64,000 nt of DNA from assembly GCA_030295235.1 (NCBI GenBank), contig AP026162.1, positions 930,001 to 994,000 on the forward strand, given 5' to 3'. The stretch comes from Fistulifera solaris (lineage: Eukaryota). The notes under the pieces were generated by a model. It ran no database searches. It was not told the DNA's origin and saw nothing but the letters and a program-made list of their open reading frames with translations. Of the stretch, positions 14,050-26,614 are shown piece by piece. The position numbers and the translations under genes were made by a program. Every line of letters starts with the position of its first letter. Positions within the stretch are counted from its first letter, which is position 1.

Positions 14050-15585
14050 ATGAGCTCCCAGGAGTTTGGATCGACGCCAACGAGAAGTTCGTCCTCCGTG
14101 GCGAACCCTTTGAATGATGACGACGATTTCTTTGCAAGCAAGAAGAGTTTTCCAGCATTCGACGATGCAATTCGTACAGAGATGACCATGAACGAAAGCA
14201 GTGTCGACGACAACGAAAGGGGAGACAACGAGAGTTCCGTTTGCTCGGATGCGTCAACAAACATGCTCAACCTCTCCATTGACGCTCGAGCAGCCCTCGA
14301 TGAGCACTTGAGGCACGTCGCCAAGTTCGGTATCGACGATTCTCACTATGAGAGCGACCATAAACAAGATTGCTCCTTTGAGTCATATCAAAAAGACCCT
14401 CGCGATGCGCTTTGGCAAAGACTGGTGGACCCAAATTATTCAAACAATACAACAAAGGACGCGACGCACCTTCTGTCACATGATTTGACGAGACTCATTA
14501 GGAAGGCTTCCTTCGCGCAGTCAGCAGTAGACCAAAGCCAGGACATTGAAGCTGTGAATGATCAGAGCAGTGATTATTTCAATAGTAGCCGCGTGTATCT
14601 GCTGAAAACTCCGGAACGCAATCGGTCACAACGAGCAAGCGCCGTAACCTGTCGTAACGACGAAGCCTACGTGGACGAGTCTTTCATCACGTCAGAGTCA
14701 CCAGCATGCCTTTCGCGAAACCTTTCCAACAACCGACTCTTTGATTCCGAGACTGCAAAGATAGATGCCTCTCCGAGAGTTGGTATGCCACGCAATGACC
14801 ACAGCTTTTTGTTTTCGGCAGTCGATTTTTCTCAAATCAACGACGACGGTAGCGATGACATTGCTGAATGTACTAGTCCAGTAACATCATTCGCTTCTCG
14901 TGTCCGGGAAGGCCATATCAAACCTGAAGAAAGTGGAAGGCAACCAGCGAAAAACTGTCTTCAACCCAATCAAACTGTTAGCTATTCTCCGTCATGGCTG
15001 TCATCGAACCAGACCCCGTCTACATCGCAACGGAAAGAAATACATTCTCTCGATCCGAATAATCAATCACTTGGAGTGTTCAAAAGGCGGAGCCCACCAA
15101 CCACACCCCAGTTTTTTAGAAGAGAAGATGTCTCGGATTTTGCTGAGAATTTGACGCTATCTCCTATTGGATCACATAGTCGACAAAATACACCTTCTTT
15201 CAAACTACCGCATTCTCCTGCACAGCCGTGTCAAAAGCATTCTCGATCTCCCGCTTCGCCACATGATGACCATATCAGTTGTCTAGCTGCGTACTGTTCT
15301 GCATCAAAGTGTGCTCCTAGCGATGACCGTTCCACACCACACAATTCGCCGCCGGTGAAACAAAGACATAGAAACGGTTTGCCGGGGTTGAACTATGGAC
15401 AGGATAGCCCCGAAAGTTTGTCCTCTGCTTTTTTGCTACGAGATCGACGACGCTTCCGGACAGTCGTCCCAACTCGCGTATTCTTTACTGACGCGGACGA
15501 TATTCCGGAACACCACGATAGTTTCGCGGTGCCGCTGAAGGGCGACGCGCTGCATTCCGACCCAAATACAGCGCAAGACGTGTAA
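14050..15585 (+). CDS. Hypothetical Ser/Pro/Asp-rich protein, 511 aa
   Basis: Long uninterrupted ATG-started ORF; no recognised domain. Confidence 0.7.
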   Translation: MSSQEFGSTPTRSSSSVANPLNDDDDFFASKKSFPAFDDAIRTEMTMNESSVDDNERGDNESSVCSDASTNMLNLSIDARAALDEHLRHVAKFGIDDSHYESDHKQDCSFESYQKDPRDALWQRLVDPNYSNNTTKDATHLLSHDLTRLIRKASFAQSAVDQSQDIEAVNDQSSDYFNSSRVYLLKTPERNRSQRASAVTCRNDEAYVDESFITSESPACLSRNLSNNRLFDSETAKIDASPRVGMPRNDHSFLFSAVDFSQINDDGSDDIAECTSPVTSFASRVREGHIKPEESGRQPAKNCLQPNQTVSYSPSWLSSNQTPSTSQRKEIHSLDPNNQSLGVFKRRSPPTTPQFFRREDVSDFAENLTLSPIGSHSRQNTPSFKLPHSPAQPCQKHSRSPASPHDDHISCLAAYCSASKCAPSDDRSTPHNSPPVKQRHRNGLPGLNYGQDSPESLSSAFLLRDRRRFRTVVPTRVFFTDADDIPEHHDSFAVPLKGDALHSDPNTAQDV

Positions 15586-15684
15586 CTAATGCTTGGAATG
15601 TAAAAAGTATTTTCTTATGAATGTAGTGGCTGAACATAATACGGAGTACTTCGCACCTTAGAAATTCCCTTTCTCCTCTCAATC

Positions 15685-16467
15685 TCACAAGTCTAAATTA
15701 TTTGTTCGAAATGTTCCCCGTGAAGTAGACTTTACGAAATCTGTTGCCATTGTTTGGACTTGCATGAGACCATCCTTCAATTTATCCATTGCCCTGAGTT
15801 TGGTGCGATAATTGGGGTCCATCTGAATGATATCCTGATAATTGCGGCCGGCACTACATCCAGCATCAGTAGCTCTCAACAAAACCAACTCCTCCGTGGC
15901 TTGATTTTTGCTATTCGCAATCCAACGCGTCGTGTCTGGATGTATAACAAACGCATCTCCTGCTTTGACTTCGGGTGTGTGAGAAACCCCATACTGCGAG
16001 AAGCACCCTGTCCCAGAGAGCACGTAGTAGAATTCGACACCAAGAGACCTTGTCGGAGGAATTTCACGTCCCGGATGTAATGATATGACTGAAACATTCA
16101 GTGACGATGTTTGGGCGTTCTCCGGACTAAGAATAAGACGAATGGACCCGTTCTCAGTTTCCGTCAGGACCTGCCCCGAAGTGCAGAGTTTAGCAGCTTC
16201 GTACCAGTTCGTTTCACGTTCCTCGTCTCTCCAGATAGAATACCAAGTGTATCTCAGTCGCTCGTGGATTCGAAGCTGCGTGACAGCAGCGTTGTACAGA
16301 AGAGACAATCCTATACCTAACACAGCCCCGGAAAGAAACACACGGTCCGCCCTATCCATCATACCCGAACCGGTTTCTGAGAAACCACTATAGGACGTTT
16401 TCTTTTGATCTTTGCTTGTCGTCGCAGAGAGGGCAATGGCTAACGCCGATAACACAAGGCTCCACAT
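15685..16467 (-). CDS. Cupin-domain protein with N-terminal hydrophobic segments
   Basis: EFYYVLSGTG....EVKAGDAFVIHP...RWIAN cupin motifs. Confidence 0.8.
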   Translation of the reverse strand: MWSLVLSALAIALSATTSKDQKKTSYSGFSETGSGMMDRADRVFLSGAVLGIGLSLLYNAAVTQLRIHERLRYTWYSIWRDEERETNWYEAAKLCTSGQVLTETENGSIRLILSPENAQTSSLNVSVISLHPGREIPPTRSLGVEFYYVLSGTGCFSQYGVSHTPEVKAGDAFVIHPDTTRWIANSKNQATEELVLLRATDAGCSAGRNYQDIIQMDPNYRTKLRAMDKLKDGLMQVQTMATDFVKSTSRGTFRTNNLDL

Positions 16468-17131
16468 TCTTATTTCTCTTGGATGGTTGAGATTTCGTGA
16501 TGATGATGATTGTAGTTGCTGCTATTCGTAGAGCATTCGAAGATTGACACAACGAAGGCACATCAACATGGTGGTCGTGTGTCAACTGTCAAAACATCAT
16601 GCTCATGCGGGCGATATTTTTGATAGTTCTCCAGAATTCTATCCGCCCACTTTCAACATCGCAGCGGCAATCGTAAAAAAAAGTAATCTTCACTTAGGTC
16701 TATAGTAAAAATTACTATGGTTCCAAAGTGTTGTCCGTTTTCGCCAAGATTGGTTTTAGTCATGAGACGGGTTTGGAAACGGTGGCGATGCAACAACGAC
16801 AACGTGCGACAATGACAAAGCGGAGCAACAAATAGCATACATTCTATACGACGTTGTCTCTTCAACACTTCTGGCTGTAAATGATGCACTGGTGCGACAA
16901 CCCATAACAGCGGCGCCCTTGTGCCACTTCAGGATCTAGATTCCTCCGCCAAGTATCAGCGACTAGCTCTATAACAACCGGATAAATTCTGACGTTAGTA
17001 CAGCCACGTTCTAGCCGTAACTCAGTCCACAACTGGTATCAATTACCGGTACACGAGCACGAAACAAGTACCACCCGATCGGATTTCTCATCACAGCCCA
17101 TGTATGTATTACCCGGAGTAATTTTTTGAGC

Positions 17132-19317
17132 CTAACGCATTCTCCGAAGTACCAGCACAAGCCTGCTTTTTCGTTCTGCATGACTACCGCCACCGCTGCG
17201 CCATAAGCGATCAAAATAGCTGGCTCCTCCTTCGGATGTAGGATCATAGGGAACATGCCCTATTTGCTCATTGGGTTGACCTTCAAAAAGCTCTACCGTC
17301 TCTGTCCCCGAACTGAAAGAATCAATTTTGTGAAAACCGCCTTTACTCAGTGCAATACTAGATTCTGACTTGAGGCGTACGCCTTCCTTTCCTAACACTA
17401 ATATTGCTCGTAGTGCTGTCGTCGATAACAACCGTGCGTACCAACGATTATCGGTCACGATAACAATTCTTCCACTTGCCTTTAGACGTTTCGCCATCGA
17501 TATCATGGTAGCGGAGTTCAGCATGTGTGCTGGTTCAGCTCCACCGTCGACTACAGCGCCAAGTTCGCTCTGGTTCTCACCGAATGTTTGGGTCGGTGGT
17601 TCAGGATGATTGGCGAAAAAAGTGGAGATTGATCCTTCTTGTGGAAGGCGTAAGTCCAGAAAGCTTCCAGCATCTGATCCTACTACGCAAAGTCTCTTAC
17701 TGGAAGACGAATCTAAACCCAGCATCCCCTTCGCAAAGATTTGAGCAACACGATCAGCTCGCAGCTCGACAGCGATATGATTTCGGTCTTGATGCATGCG
17801 GGTCTGTCTTACAATCCAATCACCAAATCCAGCCCCTATCTCAACGTCGATCGGTAGGTTCGGGTTGTCAAAGATTTGACTCAAAATCAACGTGCCTTGA
17901 GAACTGACTGCACTAGCCGTATTTTTGCCATCAGTAAGGATAGGCTTTGTGTGTGATGGATGTCTATTTTGAGGAGTCGATTGCATCACTTCCGCCAATC
18001 CGAAAGAATACCAGATAGGAGACGAAACGTCAGATACAACACTTTTACCGGAGGTTTTAAGCATATCTGTTGTTCCTCCTCCACCGAAGTAAAACAATCG
18101 CTTCAAAAGTCCACAACGAACTTGCTCCAATAGATCACCCTTGTCTTTCAGTTTTCGAAGCCTAACCAATTCTTTAGCCTCGTTCTCAATCTCAGAAAGT
18201 CTATGATTGCGATAAGTATTGTTGGAAGATTTTCGTTGAAAAGCGCCTTCGTCTGATACCTTCTTCCAAGCGCGTTTCCCTCCGACAGCCTGCTGCTTTT
18301 TCAGTTGTCGTTTGGAAACAGGAGATTCCGATTCAGCACCATTCATTTCTTCCACGAGCAACGAACGTGAAAGCTTGCAAGCGCTAAACACCCGTTGACA
18401 TGCGGTCCACATATTATCAAAGTCCCCGAATAATGCATACGCTCTCGCCAGGGCGATATTTACGACAGCAAGGCTTTCTAACGATGCCTGATCTCCGCCA
18501 CTGATGCTTGCTTTTCCTTTGATCACAATTTCATACGCACTTTGAAGTTGCTTGATGCGTTCCAGGGCATCTTCGGTCCGAAGAGCTTGACAAAGAATCA
18601 CGGCAGAGTATTCATAAGAAGAAACATCAAGATGATCGGCACCAACATTCTTGCAAAGAGTTCCCATGCGTCTTCACTCGAAACGACACCCCCACATAAT
18701 TCGTCACTCTTTCCCAAAACAGACGTCGAAGCAGTCCACAAACACCCCCTTAATAATGTATTCAGCGTCCGAACGTTAGGTTTCTCCTTCTCCGACTTGC
18801 TCATTTTCCTAAACAATTGCATTGCCTGTAGAATCCGACCCGAATGAGCGTATGCTTTCATCAGTGCGGTGTTCGTTTCCACGTTACAATCGTCCCCTAA
18901 AGCACCAACAACCTTTTCTGCTTCTTCTACATTACCGCATCGCGCACAGCAGTCTATTAGGATACAAGCATGGTGAGTATCTCGGATGAAATCGTTCTTG
19001 TGACTTCGATACAAGTGTAAGGCTTCATCCAGTCGTTTACGGCGTGAGCAATCCTGCAACTGTTTTGTCAGCTCGATTGCTTCAGCGGAAAGAGGTTTCC
19101 TATTGTGAAATCTTTGTCGCTTTGGATTCGAATTTGTCTTATCATGATTGCGGTCGTCCGAACGTCGCTTTCGAGACTCTGATCGAGGTGGGCGTTCTTT
19201 GACGGAAATCTTTTCCGGCTTCCGCGCTTTTGCCTGGTCATCCTCCTCCTTACTAATTAGAGAGGATGATTTCGTTTTCTTAGCCAAGGCTGATTTGAAC
19301 AATTCTCCAAACACCAT
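17132..19317 (-). CDS. PPR repeats fused to TrmB-like tRNA (guanine-N7) methyltransferase; frameshift near 18650
   Basis: PPR: ILIDCCARCGNVEEAE, NTALMKAYAHSGRILQAMQLF, PNVRTLNTLLRGC. TrmB: VEIGAGFGDW, AVELRADRV, NHPEPP, VTDN. Confidence 0.85.
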
Positions 19318-20038
19318 TCTTTCTTATCTTGTTCGTAGATGGCAAAATGGCTGCATTTTTTGTGTTGTCGTGCCGCGATGTCGGCTGGCGGGTGAAAAAT
19401 CAAGAGCGAAGCGACCGACGACCAGACATCAATCCATTGTACTATCGACTGAAGTGTTGGTTTACGAGATCACGAACCACGACTGAGTGTCAGTCATGAA
19501 GCAATAAAAATCCGAGCTAGACTGTTGACCTTACCTAACTTCCCTTCGCTTTGCAAGCAATCAGCAATTTATTAATGCTTGTTATCACTATCCACTTATT
19601 ATTATAGTACATACAGACATTCCTGACGCTCGTGGTATTGTAAATTTACTATATTTTTTTTAGCAGAATCGCTACGACTCCATTTCAGTCATGAGCCATG
19701 AACAATTTTCTTCTCATTCGAACTGCTAGTCTAATAGGTCTAACTATCCATCGATTTTCCCGCAATATAGGAAAGCTATTTCCTTTATCGTTATTGTCTT
19801 TAATACCAGGAGCGATGTAGTATTCTTTTATACAAAGTAGCATAGGTAATGTAGGTCATTTTTCTTCCTGCGATGGTTGATCGATAATCTAGCAGTAAGT
19901 AAGTTTTATCTTTCAAAAAGACATGGGTATACGTTTGAACCAAAAACTTATTGCTTAAGGAATTAATCTATATTGCTTTATGCGAATAGTAATCCTGTTC
20001 AGGCACCAACAAACGATACCAGGTAACCCCTTAACATG

Positions 20039-21122
20039 TTACGCGTTTCTCTCCATTGATTCCGTGAAATCATCGAAAACCGATGATTGTCGATAGGTGA
20101 TCTCTCTAGCTTCTGCGATGATTCTTTGCACGAGATCTTCTACTAGAGGAATATCGTGAATCATACCATGCGATTGCCCAATAAACTGCACTCCTTCGTC
20201 CAACTTCCCGTCTACGGTTGCTGCCATGAGTGCTTCTGTAGCAGCTCCAAACTGCGCAACCATAAACATCTTGTCCCACTGAGCAATGAGGCCAGGGAGA
20301 ACTTTCCATAGCGGCAATTTCATCTTATCAGCAGCCTGGAACGCTCGATATATTGTTGTTCCTATGAATGGTTTGGACTTCATAAGTTTTTCGGATCTTG
20401 GTGTTTTCAGAACGCGAGCTGGTATGCCGTCAAAATTGCTTCCATAAATTGTATTTGATTCGTTCGATTTTACGATGGCTTCCTTGACCGCATGCGCCAA
20501 AGGGCTCTCTTGTGTTGTTGCAAATCGCGACCCCATCGCTACCGCATCCGCCCCCAACGCTAGCGCTCCGGCCAAACCTCTTCCATTCGCAAATCCCCCT
20601 GCCGCAACAATCGGTATTTCAGGAAAATGCTCCGCTATAGCGGGGATTAGTACCAGCGAGGTCACGTCCCCTCCATGTGCCGCTGCTTCGTGTCCGGTCA
20701 CCATGACGGCGTCCGCTCCTGCTTCAATAGCGGCTGCGGCATGTTTTTTTGTTTGTGACTGTCGACAGTATTTTTCCTCCATAACTGTGTGCAGCATTTG
20801 CTATCCAATCTGCTTTACCAAGACTGATATTGATGATGGGGACTTGCTCGTCGAGAGCAACTTGTGCATTCTCCTTGGCTCCGGGCATGAGCAATGTAGC
20901 CCCGATTCCGAAGGGTTTATCCGTCGCTGTTCGAATGCGTCGTATAGCTTCTCGTGTTTCGGATGCCGTCAGAGGACCCGTCGCCAAAATTCCGACCCCT
21001 CCTGCATTCGAGACAGCAGCCACCAGCTCCGGCGTTGATATCCAGCTCATACCGGGTAAGACCAGAGGATAGCGGCATCCAAAAAGCCGGGTGATTCTTG
21101 TACGAACAGCAGGTTGTGACAT
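20039..21122 (-). CDS. Nitronate monooxygenase / FabK-like flavoprotein; frameshift near 20745
   Basis: YPLVLPGMSWIS.PELVAAVSNAGGVG, GHEAAAHGG, AAGGFANGRGLAGALALGADAVAMGSRF. Confidence 0.9.
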
Positions 21123-21605
21123 TTTATGACTAAACGGCCTTTTCGGTTAGCGTATTTTGTGAATTGTGATTTGCTAGTGGATGATTCAATTCGATATTAT
21201 TGAAATGACTGACATGTAGTTTGACATCGAAAACATGACGGCCAATATTTTTCGTTTTGTTCTTTTTGCGTTATTCTTCTCTTTCATTCGACAGCCAAAA
21301 GATACTATAGCATTCTGCAGACGGTACGACATCTTCGTTATACATGATGACTGATAGTATCCGACCTCCAACCGTAATGTTCGCTTTCGCTTGGAGTGTG
21401 GCGCGCCATAACCACGAAAGGCGTCCGCCGATGGCTAAAATTATCGAAGCAGCTGCACTTTTCGTTTCCTCGTCGTCTTTCGTGTGGTTTCTTCCCTCCG
21501 AAAACTCCAAACAAAGGTGCTGACGTCGTAAAAGCCATCTGTTTCGCCTCTTCAGACCCACATTTGCTTGGATCTCAACCGCTTTACAACTAGAATAGAA
21601 ATATC

Positions 21606-23473
21606 ATGTTCGGAGGAGGAGGACGAAAGCGCCGCGATGAGCCGCAATCGCTTTCTCAAGCGATGCAACCCGAAAATCCGCCGACCGGCGGTCGCAGCAA
21701 TGTCACAGGATTCGATCCCGAAGGATTGGAACGCGCCGCAAAGGCCGCACGCGACCTCGACAACAGTCGAAACGCCCAAGCGGCGATTGAATTGATCAAA
21801 ACGCAAGAAACGACCAAACAGCATGAAGCCGCCGCGAAACGCGCCGAAATGGACGCGTATGCCCAACAGATGCGCGCACAGAACATTGAAAAGGAAGCCG
21901 ATGAAGCACGCAAGACGCTTGATGCGCAGACACAACATGATAAGCACCGTATGGAATATCAAGATCAGCTGGAGCGGAAGAGACAGGTGGACATGCTCAA
22001 TGCGCAAAAATACATGCAAGAGTAAGTTATTATCGATTTTGGTCGAAAATTATCATGCTGAAAACATGGTCTCATTTTTCGGATTGATCTGGTCTTCTTC
22101 AGGGAGCAGCTGAAGAAACAGGAAGAAATTGCGGCTCGACAAGAAGAGATGCGTCGCAAGACGGCGGAATACGAGGCGGAGTTGCGCACAAAGACCGAAA
22201 TTGCCAAAGCACGAGCCGAAACTGAAGGAAGAATTGCTCAAGAGCGTCAAAATCATGATCTAATTTTTAGAAAAAGTCCGATTGGAAGCAAAAGAACACC
22301 GAGACACGGTCATACAGGCTATTACGGATGGTGGAAAAATCTTAGGAGAGGGCCTATCATCGTACCTTGAAGACACGGAAAAATTACGCAATACTACCTT
22401 GACAATCACTGGAATTGCTGTTGGTGTTTATACTGCTCGTACCAGCATCGGGGTTGCAGGACGGTTTGTGGAAGCTCGCTTGGGTAAGCCTAGCTTGGTT
22501 CGTGAGACATCTCGACTATCTGCGGGGCAATTTTTGCGTCAGCCGTTGGCATCGACGCAACGTCTTTTTGGGATGGGTCGAAAGGATAACGATGCTTTGA
22601 AGGGAATTGTGTTGGAGAATAGCTTGGATACGCAACTTCGAAAGATTGCAGTGTCAACGGCAAACACGAAAAGAATCGTGCTCCGTTCCGCCATTTACTA
22701 CTTCACGGTAAGTAACATCTCAGTCTGTCCCTGCAACAGTAAATTGTTTACTCAACTTTTTGTTGATCAGGTCCTCCGGGAACTGGAAAGACAATGTTCG
22801 CGCGCAGCTTAGCTGAGTCTTCTGGTTTAGATTATGCCATCTTGACGGGAGGTGATATTGCTCCTTTGGGTCGTGATGCTGTTACCGAGTTGCACAAGTT
22901 GTTTGATTGGGCGAAAACGAGTCGCAAAGGCCTCCTTGTGTTTGTTGACGAAGCGGATGCCTTTTTGCAGTCACGTGAGACAGCCCGCATATCAGAAGAC
23001 CAAAGGAATGCATTGAATGCTTTTCTGTTTCGTACAGGAACAGAGAGTGATCAGTTCATGGTAGTTTATGCTAGTAACCAGCCCTCTCAGTTCGATGAAG
23101 CCGTCATGGACCGAGTGGATGAAATGGTAGAATTCAGACTCCCCGGTGAAGATGAGCGCCGCGCAATGATTGCACTGTATATTGAGAAGTATTTGTTGAA
23201 CCCACCGGGACGTTTGACAAAGAAGGTGACCACCGAAAATATTGCCGACGCCGAAATCGAAAGAGTTGTCAAGGAAACCGAGGGGTTTTCTGGACGAGCT
23301 ATCTCGAAACTAGCTATTGCATGGCAAGCAGCTGCCTACGGAACAGAGGGCGCAGTACTGGATCGCGACACTTTCTTCAGTACCGTTGAACACCACAAAA
23401 GAGTATGCTAACAAAGGAGGAATGGTTGAAGCACGCCGCAGAACGGGCTCAACTGCTCACGGCAGATCGTTAA
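21606..23473 (+). CDS. ATAD3: Mitochondrial AAA ATPase ATAD3; introns 22022-22102 and 22708-22770; homopolymer frameshifts near 22270, 22670 and 23400
   Basis: GFDPEGLERAAKAAR, coiled coil, GKPSLVRETSR, spliced GPPGTGKT Walker A, FVDEADAF Walker B. Confidence 0.95.
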
Positions 23474-23483
23474 GATAATTGAA

Positions 23484-24896
23484 TTATAGAACTTGCGCTG
23501 TCATGTCGTCTTCAATCTTAACCCCTTGCCCGTAGTCAGCGGCCAGTGTTGTCAGAGGACAAATGGTTGCATTAGGCCATTGCGCCCAAACATCACATAT
23601 CCGTTGTCTCACTTCATTTTGATTGATATATAAACATGCCAAGGCGTCGTAACCGCCTGCTCCTGGAACCAACGCAGCGACTACACCCGGTACGGCACTG
23701 GTGGCATCGGCAAGAGCAGTTTGTTCATCAGGCTCGATAGGAACTCCAGCACCCTCACCCATTGGCTTGAGATGCCGACGAGTTTCTAAAAACAGTCGTC
23801 TCAGCTCTGCTGTTAGGCTTCCCGTCTTCTTCTGAACTTCTGTCCAATTGTTTGAGCCATCGCTCCATGTCTCGGGAGAGCAGTTCGCTAGTTGGGTCAC
23901 TTCATCCTTGCTAAGAGAGGGAAGTTCCATCAACTGCTGCCACACACGAACAATTTCCTGATTCGCTTCTGCAAGATCATCCCAATGGCTTATGCGTCCT
24001 TTCTGTTGCTTTTGTTTCCACGCAAGAACCGACCGCGCCATACTAGGACTCTCGGAGCCACCGGAGACATCGGCCATGATGACTTGTAAAAAGCCGCACA
24101 TAGTCAGTGGTTTGATCACGCCCCCAGGCCAAATAGACTCGACAACATTTTTCAGTAATGATTTTGCGTGATCGACAGAAGAAGGAGTTTCGAGTGTCGA
24201 CAAGAGTTCGTGCAAAGTCGTTTCAGGAAATCGTTGATAGACATGAGACCCGTGACAGGCGGCGCTCACATCGAAGCCACTGCCGACCTTTCCTTGCGCA
24301 TAGCAATGACTGATTTGTGCCAAGTTATAGAGAATTGCATCCGGTTTCTGAAACGCGTGACAGAGTGCTCCGACCATACTCGTCACAAGACACGCGCTAC
24401 TTCCCAAGCCGGATTTGCACACTTTTCCCGAAGTTTGGTCGACAGTCGCTGGTAAGAATATCGGAAGTGATAAAGCGTTCTGTAAAGTGATGGGAAGGTT
24501 TCGTTCTTTCAAATGAGTCACCAGGGAGTAAAAGTCGTTGTCGGCTTGTATTGTCAAGTGTATGAAGTCAACCGATGGATCGTTCTCGAGGAGATAGAGC
24601 AATGACACGCGCAAAGTTTTCTCAATGAACTCATTCGATGAAGCGTTCATCGATTCGGCAATAATCCCTTCCTCTCGATTGTAAGTATACTTCCAGCTTT
24701 GACCGAATTGCGGGCTGTCGACTTGAATTTGAACCATGTTGGCGCTGTCTTCCGCACGCGATATCTTGGCGGTGGTAAATACTCTCTTGTCGACGGCAAT
24801 CACGAGACCAACGTTCATCGGTTCTAGTACAAGATAGCCCCCGGCTAGCAGTATTTTGCCTGGGGCTGATACAGTAATGGATGAGGAAGTTGTCAT
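23484..24896 (-). CDS. ERG8: Phosphomevalonate kinase, ERG8 type
   Basis: SAPGKILLAGGYLVL, KSGLGSSA, AQGKVGSGFDVSAA, VPGAGGYDA. Confidence 0.95.
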   Translation of the reverse strand: MTTSSSITVSAPGKILLAGGYLVLEPMNVGLVIAVDKRVFTTAKISRAEDSANMVQIQVDSPQFGQSWKYTYNREEGIIAESMNASSNEFIEKTLRVSLLYLLENDPSVDFIHLTIQADNDFYSLVTHLKERNLPITLQNALSLPIFLPATVDQTSGKVCKSGLGSSACLVTSMVGALCHAFQKPDAILYNLAQISHCYAQGKVGSGFDVSAACHGSHVYQRFPETTLHELLSTLETPSSVDHAKSLLKNVVESIWPGGVIKPLTMCGFLQVIMADVSGGSESPSMARSVLAWKQKQQKGRISHWDDLAEANQEIVRVWQQLMELPSLSKDEVTQLANCSPETWSDGSNNWTEVQKKTGSLTAELRRLFLETRRHLKPMGEGAGVPIEPDEQTALADATSAVPGVVAALVPGAGGYDALACLYINQNEVRQRICDVWAQWPNATICPLTTLAADYGQGVKIEDDMTAQVL

Positions 24897-25880
24897 GTTT
24901 GTTGTTAACGTATCACTTCATGATAATCTACGGAGCAATGCCGAATAATTCGATTGTGTTTGTTTTTGTTTGCTTCATCGCGTCATGTCGTTTTTTTTAC
25001 TCCCAGAAAAGCCGCATCGTCGTCACGCGACACGCGACACGTGAACGCTCTCATGCTGACGTCGACTATACGATGGGTAGTAGGATAATTACGAGTCACA
25101 GTCTCTTATTTTGGTCACGAGTCTAAAAGAGGGTCCAGTCTGTCCGTGCGTCCTGAGGGACATTTTCGATACACGCTCCGACATGTCGCAAAGAGAAGTA
25201 CCGCTCCGAGCTCAAGACTACTTTTCGATACACATCGCTGTACAACCTACTTTAAAAAGCTACTGTGCCAAACCGTGCATTTTTGCTCAAAAATGCAAGG
25301 GGGTTGCCCATGATTTTGGCTCATTCTTTTGCACCCACTTCATTCGATCGCAACAATCGATTTTGGGACGGAAAACCTTTCTTTTCATGGCATTCTTTTT
25401 ATGATGCTATCACTCTTTATCAATAAGATGGTATAATGACGAAAATTACGCAAAAGGCGCTCAATTTACTGTTAAATGCTGCATAATTTGACACTCTTGC
25501 CTTTAATACGCGTCGACCGCGGCCCGTTGTTGTGACAAAGATCGCCTGAATTAAAGTCGACTTGCGTGGTCAATCATCAGTCAGCAATCATCGATCTTCT
25601 AGACTTCCCAAAGTATGTTTCTCTTTCACCATCTACGTAGAGGTGGCCGTCATCGACAATCTGTTAATCATGGGTAGATCAAATAATACAAGTTGGCATG
25701 AATTGGTGCTTGTCGTTTATGTCAGAAGCACCCCCAGACAACATGTTTAACGAAGGATCCGCGCTCTGGTCATCGAACTACCTGACTATCAAATAAAATT
25801 GGCAAGGCGAGCTTACAACAAGCGGGTCGGATCAACGAATGAATACAGATAGATTTAGAAAGATTTGGGAGCTCTGAATA

Positions 25881-26614
25881 ATGCCAACTTTCTTTATGAC
25901 AAAATACATTGACCAGCGATTTCAAAAAGACGACGTAGTGAATGACCATGTCGCATTCGTCAATGCAGCCAGCAGTCTAAGCGCAATTTCTTACGGAATT
26001 CCGCCTGCAGGTCAAATGGAGACACGGCGAGTTGCAAGCAACATGATTCCCGCCATGATAACTACCACAGCCCTGGTGTCGGGCTTCTCGTGTATCGAGC
26101 TACTCAAACTGGCGTAGAGTCGTCTACCAATTCGAAGCTATCGAAATGGTTTCATCAATTCAGCTCTTCCTTTCTTGCCTTCCAGCTGAGCCTGTTTCGA
26201 TCTACAAAGGGCGTTCGTGCACAATATGGGACTGTTTAACGGTATGGGAAAGTAACGTGTCAGCGAAGGGAGGTTTCACGATGAGATCTATGATGTGAAG
26301 ACTAAACAAGGTGATATCCGTTAACAGCGAAAATAGATAATTCTTCTTTTTCGTTGGGGCCTTCTCTCCGTTACGCCAGTTCCCTGCATGAAGACGACGA
26401 AATAATTGACGAATGATTGTGGGAAGTAATAGGGAATGCGCTTGATGAGAACCATTTGCTCGACCATGAAAATTTTGGTGGAGAGGACACTTCCGGTCGG
26501 GCTAGTTCGCTCATGGAAAATGTCACCGTAAATTTTACCTTGACAGTCCTAGATGAAGATGGAGAGAACATCGAGCTGCCCGCGGTACCGGTTGTCCGGC
26601 ACTCTGGCGACTAG
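25881..26614 (+). pseudogene. Decayed C-terminal fragment of ubiquitin-activating enzyme E1
   Basis: FQKDDVVNDHVAFVNAASSLSAISYGIPP....TRRVASNMIPAMITTTALVSGFSCIELLK, then stops; ends DEDGENIELPAV. Confidence 0.85.

Noticed and set aside
21271..21561. Small minus-strand gene between the NMO-like gene and ATAD3
   Set aside because: Needs a frameshift, has no recognisable motif and overlaps the divergent promoter
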